Below, in pieces: positions 58,348-64,000 of a stretch of 64,000 bases of DNA; the first letter of the stretch is position 1; every line of letters starts with the position of its first letter. A program made the position numbers and the translations under genes. Origin of the DNA: Candidatus Latescibacterota bacterium (GTDB taxonomy: Bacteria > Latescibacterota > UBA2968 > GCA-2709665); the NCBI GenBank assembly GCA_965248435.1, contig OZ252100.1, positions 1,920,001 to 1,984,000 on the forward strand. Direction: 5' to 3'. The notes below the pieces were generated by a model. It had not been told where the DNA came from, made no database searches, and worked only from the letters and a program-made list of their open reading frames with translations.

Positions 58348-61300
58348 ATGAATTCTAGAAAGTTCGTTAACCCTCCCGCAGAATTCCGCCTCGTGCCCTT
58401 CTGGTTCTGGAACGGGGCCGTGGAAGAGGGAGAGATCCTCCGGCAGATCCGGGAGATGCGCGAGAAAGGTGTCGGCGGTTTTTGTTTGGCCGCTCGCCCG
58501 GGCCTGCGTCTGCCATACCTCTCCCAGGTGTGGTTCGATCGGGTTCAGCTGGCCGTAGAAACTGCGGCATCTCTTGGTCTGCGGGTGTGGCTTCACGATG
58601 AGTTTCCTTTTCCTGGTGGCATGAGCTCGGAAAGAGTCGCGCTGGGGAATCCAGACCACCGTGCCCAATATCTCATCTTTGAAGAAACGACCGTGCAGGG
58701 TGGACAGCAGGTGGACATGCTGTTGCCGTGGGCGACGGTGCTGCGCGCGATCGCGATACCCCTCAGACGAGACCGCAGTCTGTGGGATGAGGCCCTCGAT
58801 ATCAGAACCCACATCGGTTCTCATCATCGACAGGAGGTCTTTCGGGAATCAAACAAGACAGATGGATATCACGGCAAGCAATACTTTACTCAGGACGCCG
58901 TGCATAGACTGTTTTGGAAAGCTCCCGCAGGACGCTGGCGGGTCCTCGTCTTCCTCCAGAAGGAGTTTGAAACCCCGCAATTCTCGGGGACGCACTTCGA
59001 CGCCTTCAACCGGGAAGCCGTTGATTGTTTCCTGGAGACGACATTCGGACCCTACGCGGAGTCGATCGGAAAGCACTTTGGCAGAACGGTCTCTACCGTT
59101 CTGACGACGGAAACGGTAGAGAGGGAAGATCGTTTGCTCTGGTCCCCTCTCCTTCCACAAATCTTCCGGGAGCGCAACGGCTATGACCTCCTCGACAGTC
59201 TTCCCGGCCTGATCACAGGGTTTGGTCAGAATACGCCTCGAATACGCTACGACTATTTTCAGACCTTGAGTGAATTGATTCGGGACAATTATCACGGGGC
59301 CTGTCAGGATTGGGCTGCCCAGCATAAAGTCAACTATGCGAGCGCTGTACCCGTCCTCAGAAACGCGCATCAGACACGCATCCATCTCCCGGGGAGCAGC
59401 GGCGGCAGGGAAAAGATCGGGGCCCTGGAGATAAAGGGGAGCAACGGAAGTGCGTCTGTATACCGTTGGAACCCCAAATTTTCCGCCTCCCTGGCACACC
59501 AGACCAAACTGCAACGCGTCTTCAACACCTCCTATCAGGGCACAGGCTGGTCCTTGACCCTCCAGGACATGAAGTGGATCGCCGACCGACTGGCATCCCA
59601 GGGTTGCAACCTGTTCACGGCGTATGGTTTTTCCTACACGCTGGATGGACTGCGCAAACACGATACCCCGCCCTCCCAGTTCCACCAGAATCCCTACTGG
59701 AAACACTTCAGGCTCTTTGCCGACTATGTCGGCCGGCTCTCCTTCATACTTTCCCAGGGTCAACACGTCGCGGACATCGCACTCCTGGACCCGGTCACCA
59801 GCTTGTGGACTCACCTTTGTCACCCGGACCTGGGCTGGCAATATGTGGGATCGGATCCTGACGAGAAGAAACTGGCAACGCGCCTGGCTGGAGACTGGAC
59901 CTATCTGATGGATTCACTCAGCCGCATGCAACGAGGTTACGACTGTCTGGACCCCGAAATGTTGGGCAACGCCAGGGTGTCCGGCGGTCGCCTGAAGGTG
60001 GGACCGGCCTCTTACGAGGCCCTCGTGATTCCCCCTATCGCGAATCTCGAACCTCAAGCTTTTGAGCGTATCCGTCAATTTTACAACGCGGGCGGCAAAG
60101 TGATATGCCTGGGGCTGTTGCCCGTGGAGGACATTCAGGAGGAACCGTCCGTAGTCGAGGCCTTTTCCCGGATGACCGACATGGAACCGAGTCGGATGAT
60201 CCGGGATTACAGTGGACACGAATTAGGCGTACACGTCATCCAGCGCGGAAACCTCTACTTTATTCGAACCGGCGGTTCTATCGAAACAAATCGTGCGGCG
60301 AGGGTGCTGGGAGACCTCCTCGATCGGATTTTGCCTCGGCGCGTGACCGTAGAGACAGACAAGCGATACAGCTCTTCCATCCTTTGCCAACACCGTAAGG
60401 AAGAAAACGGGGAAATCTTCTTCCTCACGAATACATCTCAGGTTGCCTTCGACTCCAGAATCGGATTTCGAGTGCCGACCAAATTCAAGAACGTCGAGCG
60501 GTGGGATCTGGAATCCGGCCGGCGTTATCCCATGCCATATAAGCGTGAGGGAAGGCAGGTCAGAATCGATCTCCTATTCCAGCGCTTTGAGTCTCTCGTC
60601 ATTGTGTTCTCGGAGGAGAAGCCGCCGAAGCCGGTCGCCAAAGAGGACGTCGAGCAGCTCCCCCTCGACCTGGCAGGCACGTGGAAGGTCGATCCGGAGG
60701 AGGACAACTGCCTCAGGCTGGACCGGTTCCACATGCAGGTCGACCTCAAGAACAACGGAGTCAGACAGGGATGGCACAAACCCGAATTTTCAGACCGTCG
60801 TTGGTTTACGGCAGAACCCAAACCGTTCGTTGAGCAGATGCAGGGGCTATCGACACTGCCCAGCCTGCCATTCGACTTTTCCTCCGATGACCTTACGTCA
60901 AGAACTCGAATCAATCTTCCATTGGTCTGTTGGTTTCGTACCACTTTCACGTGCGACACGATACCTGCGAAGCTCGCTCTGGTCATGGACAGAAATGCCA
61001 TTCTTGGCAACTACCAGGTATACCTTAACGGATACAAGCAACCGAGCAATGCGTTCCGACCCACCTTCAGATACGATCACGCCAACGTGACCTGTGCAGT
61101 TGGGAGACGGGTTTTGAGAGGGAAGAACGTCCTGGCGGTGCGAGTTGAAATCGATGACCTTACTCACGGATTGGTTGACCCCCTCTTTCTTTTCGGGCGC
61201 TTCGCTGTAAAGCGGGGACGAACGACACACCTGCGACTGGCCGCAACGGTCGACCAGGGTCCCTTTAATCGTCTGGATGATCTGGGGCTGCCGTTTTATT

Positions 61301-61596
61301 CCGGAACCGTCGCCTACACCAGGGATATCGTCTTTCCCAGTCTCTCAAATACGAAAGAGTTTACTATCTCTCTGGAAAAAGAACTGAAGGGCCTGACGGA
61401 CATCTTCGAGCTCCAGATCAATGGCCACTCTCTGGGCGTACGCCCCTGGGCTCCCTATGCCTGGACGGGAAAGACAGCCTGGCTTAAGCGCGGCAAGAAT
61501 CGCGTGATTCTCAGATCCACGAATACGCTCGCCCGCCTCCTTACAGGCAAGGAATTCAAACCCAGATCGCACCGGATGATGCCGGTAAAGGTCTAA
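58348..61596 (+). CDS. GH106 (alpha-L-rhamnosidase)-like protein, possibly catalytically inactive
   Basis: PFWFWNG, WLHDEFPFPGG, GYDL...L, RYDY, ASLAHQ and PPSQFHQ.PYW, with C-terminal beta-sandwich (FYSGT, G.RPWAPY). Confidence 0.75.
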   Translation: MNSRKFVNPPAEFRLVPFWFWNGAVEEGEILRQIREMREKGVGGFCLAARPGLRLPYLSQVWFDRVQLAVETAASLGLRVWLHDEFPFPGGMSSERVALGNPDHRAQYLIFEETTVQGGQQVDMLLPWATVLRAIAIPLRRDRSLWDEALDIRTHIGSHHRQEVFRESNKTDGYHGKQYFTQDAVHRLFWKAPAGRWRVLVFLQKEFETPQFSGTHFDAFNREAVDCFLETTFGPYAESIGKHFGRTVSTVLTTETVEREDRLLWSPLLPQIFRERNGYDLLDSLPGLITGFGQNTPRIRYDYFQTLSELIRDNYHGACQDWAAQHKVNYASAVPVLRNAHQTRIHLPGSSGGREKIGALEIKGSNGSASVYRWNPKFSASLAHQTKLQRVFNTSYQGTGWSLTLQDMKWIADRLASQGCNLFTAYGFSYTLDGLRKHDTPPSQFHQNPYWKHFRLFADYVGRLSFILSQGQHVADIALLDPVTSLWTHLCHPDLGWQYVGSDPDEKKLATRLAGDWTYLMDSLSRMQRGYDCLDPEMLGNARVSGGRLKVGPASYEALVIPPIANLEPQAFERIRQFYNAGGKVICLGLLPVEDIQEEPSVVEAFSRMTDMEPSRMIRDYSGHELGVHVIQRGNLYFIRTGGSIETNRAARVLGDLLDRILPRRVTVETDKRYSSSILCQHRKEENGEIFFLTNTSQVAFDSRIGFRVPTKFKNVERWDLESGRRYPMPYKREGRQVRIDLLFQRFESLVIVFSEEKPPKPVAKEDVEQLPLDLAGTWKVDPEEDNCLRLDRFHMQVDLKNNGVRQGWHKPEFSDRRWFTAEPKPFVEQMQGLSTLPSLPFDFSSDDLTSRTRINLPLVCWFRTTFTCDTIPAKLALVMDRNAILGNYQVYLNGYKQPSNAFRPTFRYDHANVTCAVGRRVLRGKNVLAVRVEIDDLTHGLVDPLFLFGRFAVKRGRTTHLRLAATVDQGPFNRLDDLGLPFYSGTVAYTRDIVFPSLSNTKEFTISLEKELKGLTDIFELQINGHSLGVRPWAPYAWTGKTAWLKRGKNRVILRSTNTLARLLTGKEFKPRSHRMMPVKV

Positions 61597-61645
61597 TCTC
61601 TCTTCAGAACTCCACGCTCTACGCCATTGTCTGGCGCACAAAATT

Positions 61646-61684
61646 CGGGGCTTACATCGTTTTGATGTAAGCCCCGCTTCTTTG
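61646..61684. terminator. Intrinsic terminator between convergent genes
   Basis: Perfect 13-bp stem CGGGGCTTACATC/GATGTAAGCCCCG followed by CTTCTTT. Confidence 0.75.
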
Positions 61685-61769
61685 CCCATTCTCAGGTTCG
61701 GCATGGACGAATCGGGCAACCGCCTCTACCTGTCCTGCCTGGCTCTATCGCTTCACTTGAATCGAAGGT

Positions 61770-62906
61770 CTAAGCCTGTGGGAGCTTGACCGTCAATGTG
61801 GTCCCATCCGCTTCGTTCGACGCGATGGAAATATCGCCACCGTGGGCGACCGTCACCAGGTAAGCGTAAGTCGTACCGAGCCCCGACCCTCCTTTGCCCT
61901 CTTTGGTGCTGTTGAACTTCTCGAAGAACGCCTCCACCCTGTCGGGCGGGACAGGCGCTCCGCCATTCTGAATGCTCACGACAGCGAGCCCGTTCTCGCC
62001 GGAGAGCGTCACGCTGACCGCGCGTTTCCCCTCATCGGGAAGCTCGATCACGTGCTCGATGGCATTTTTGATCAGATTCTGGAACACGCCGGTAAGCAGA
62101 TCCGCGTCGGCAGCCACCGTGCCTCCCGCAAGAGTGCCCTGGAGCTGGATGCTCACCAGCGCGCCATAAACGGTCTCCTGATCGGCTATGGCCTGCTTGA
62201 GCAGGGGCTCAAGGTCGACCTCGCGCTTATCGAGTGCAAATCGTCCTGTTTCAAAGTCCTGCAGCAGTTTGATCGAATCGATAAGCCGGGACGTAGCCAG
62301 GGCGCCCTCGTGGATTTTCTTGATCCAGTCACTCCGGTCATCGTCCGGATCCCCGGTATCGAACTGCAGGAGCATGTCCGAGTAGCCCAGAATGGGGCTG
62401 ATCTTGTTCTTCAATTCGTGTCTCAAGAAGGCCTCGTGCTCCCGCTTGATCCGGGCAATTTCTTCGACGTTCTCTCTGAGCGCCTCTTGCAGGATGTGGA
62501 TGAAAAGGTGGGTTTTCACGCGAGCTAACAATTCAGGAGCGTTAAAGGGTTTGGTCACGTAGTCTACAGCCCCGAGCTCGAATCCCTGCACGATATCCTC
62601 GGTCTCGGTCTTCGCGGTGAGGAAAACGACCGGGATGTCGGCCGTTTCTGGATCTGACTTGAGCCGTTTACAGGCCTCGAATCCGTCCATCTCGGGCATC
62701 ATAATGTCCAGCAGGATCAGGTCCGGGCGCACCTTCTGGACGAGCTCCAACGCCTGGATGCCATTCTGAGCGACGTTGATCTGATATTCCTGTTCCCTGA
62801 GGATAGTGCCCAGTACCTGGATGTTCTTCGGAACGTCTTCCACGATGAGGATGCGCAGCTGCTTGTTGTCGATGTTCACGATATAAGAGCTTTGGAAATC
62901 GTCCAC
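61770..62906 (-). CDS. Hybrid REC-histidine kinase
   Basis: ILIVED, LDIMMP, HELKN, NLIKNA and GSGLG. Confidence 0.9.
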   Translation of the reverse strand: MDDFQSSYIVNIDNKQLRILIVEDVPKNIQVLGTILREQEYQINVAQNGIQALELVQKVRPDLILLDIMMPEMDGFEACKRLKSDPETADIPVVFLTAKTETEDIVQGFELGAVDYVTKPFNAPELLARVKTHLFIHILQEALRENVEEIARIKREHEAFLRHELKNKISPILGYSDMLLQFDTGDPDDDRSDWIKKIHEGALATSRLIDSIKLLQDFETGRFALDKREVDLEPLLKQAIADQETVYGALVSIQLQGTLAGGTVAADADLLTGVFQNLIKNAIEHVIELPDEGKRAVSVTLSGENGLAVVSIQNGGAPVPPDRVEAFFEKFNSTKEGKGGSGLGTTYAYLVTVAHGGDISIASNEADGTTLTVKLPQA

Positions 62907-62909
62907 CGA

Positions 62910-64000
62910 TCACGTCCTGGCAAGACTGTCGGCCTCCTGGATGATCGATCGGAACTCCTTCAGCGACTCTGAAAGTCCGTCCATATCGAAGGCAGCTGAC
63001 TGGCGGGCAAGTTTCTGGCTCCACTCAAGGAGGGGCTGATACTCATGCCGGCCGCCGGTTGCCTTCATCAAATCCGCAAACGCTTCCACTTCGTTGATCG
63101 TCAGCGTTTCTGCCAGCTGTTCACTCGTCGTTTGCTGACCCTTGAGAACAGACACCAGCTCCGGAAGCTTTTCCCTGGCCGCGGAGCTCATCTGGCCAGG
63201 AGACCACGCCTCGGCCTGAGCACCTTCCGCGATGATCTCCATCTCTGCCTCGAGATCCCCCAGCCTCGTGCTGTCCACCACCTCGATGCCCGGCAGGGAA
63301 ACCTGAAACGTGCTCCCGACACCCTCCTCGCTCGAAACCGTGACGTTTCCCTGCATTATCTCCACAAGGCTGTGAGTGATGGCAAGTCCAAGCCCCGTTC
63401 CACCGTACTCGTTGATGCTCTGACCGCTCTTCTGGGTGAAGGCGTTGAAGATTTCATCAAGCTGATCGTTCGGGATACCTGTCCCCGAGTCCTCCACTTC
63501 AAAACTCAAGTCTACAAACCTGTTGCCGTTGCCCGAGGTCACGCTTCGGACGGCGATGCGAACGTGGCCCTTGTGAGTAAACTTTACGGCGTTGTCCACC
63601 AGATTTCCAAGAACCTGGCTCACACGCTTCTCGTCCACACTGATGGACCGCGGCATGTTGGGATCTACCTCCATCTCGAATCCCAAGCCCTTTTCCTTCG
63701 CTTTTGCCGAGTATCCAGCTTCGACGTCTCCAAACATCTTCAACGTATCTGTGGGCGCTGATTTCAGCTCGAGGCCCCCCGATTCCGACCGCGACAGGTC
63801 CAGGATGTCATTGATCAACGCGAGCAGCGACCTCCCGCTGGTTTCGATCGAAGACAGGTACTCCTTCTGCTGCGGGTCACTCGCCGATCTGTTCAAGATC
63901 TCGGCAAATCCGAGGATCGCGTTCATCGGTGTCCGGATCTCGTGGCTGATGTTCGCGAGGAATACGCTCTTCGCGCGATTGGCGGCCTCCGCCCGTTCTG
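62910..64000 (-). CDS. Sensor histidine kinase, C-terminal part (starts beyond window end)
   Basis: Frame stays open to the window edge through ANRAKSVFLANISHEIRTPMNAILGF, then NAVKFT, DSGTGI and GTGLGL. Confidence 0.92.
   Translation of the reverse strand, partial: ERAEAANRAKSVFLANISHEIRTPMNAILGFAEILNRSASDPQQKEYLSSIETSGRSLLALINDILDLSRSESGGLELKSAPTDTLKMFGDVEAGYSAKAKEKGLGFEMEVDPNMPRSISVDEKRVSQVLGNLVDNAVKFTHKGHVRIAVRSVTSGNGNRFVDLSFEVEDSGTGIPNDQLDEIFNAFTQKSGQSINEYGGTGLGLAITHSLVEIMQGNVTVSSEEGVGSTFQVSLPGIEVVDSTRLGDLEAEMEIIAEGAQAEAWSPGQMSSAAREKLPELVSVLKGQQTTSEQLAETLTINEVEAFADLMKATGGRHEYQPLLEWSQKLARQSAAFDMDGLSESLKEFRSIIQEADSLART

Noticed and set aside
57514-58827. 437-aa minus-strand ORF
   Set aside because: Antisense to three well-supported plus-strand genes, with no recognisable domain.
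1-64000. CRISPR array, IS element, prophage, tRNA or rRNA
   Set aside because: No spaced short repeats, cas, transposase, integrase, phage genes or cloverleaf/rRNA signatures were recognised by eye.

Overview
A GC-rich bacterial chromosomal segment from a diderm organism. A dockerin-like repeat protein, a fused glyQS and many REC-kinases are consistent with a Latescibacterota-like candidate phylum (inference only). No rRNA, tRNA, CRISPR array, transposase, integrase or phage gene was recognised. In order, the window holds: an Fpg/Nei glycosylase 5' end; a SPOR-mltD-mreD-mrdA-rodA cell-wall operon without mreBC; dnaE; an ~800 bp intergenic region with a sigma54 promoter driving a short terminated RNA; aroA; a MurC/Mpl-like ligase broken by an in-frame TAG, followed by ldcA, an M48 peptidase and AsmA; a sigma28-driven DUF5610/YjfB-like pair; and a fused glycyl-tRNA synthetase with a miniature T-box-like leader. 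The most striking region is a 13.8 kb array (22231-35996) of five mosaic paralogues, each a GT-C-like membrane domain fused to TPRs (TMTC-like; two are frameshifted), followed by a SAM methyltransferase and a GT39-like/TPR protein. The rest holds two-component genes, rsmD, REC-HDOD, thiT, an Fe3+/thiamine-type ABC transporter, a rare-sugar epimerase/HEAT/STAS/Vgb-like cluster, UbiD, MocA-like, a candidate sRNA, and an operon of a double McsA-like zinc finger, a membrane-anchored receiver and an apparently inactivated GH106-like protein. All family assignments come from motif recognition by eye; no database searches were run.
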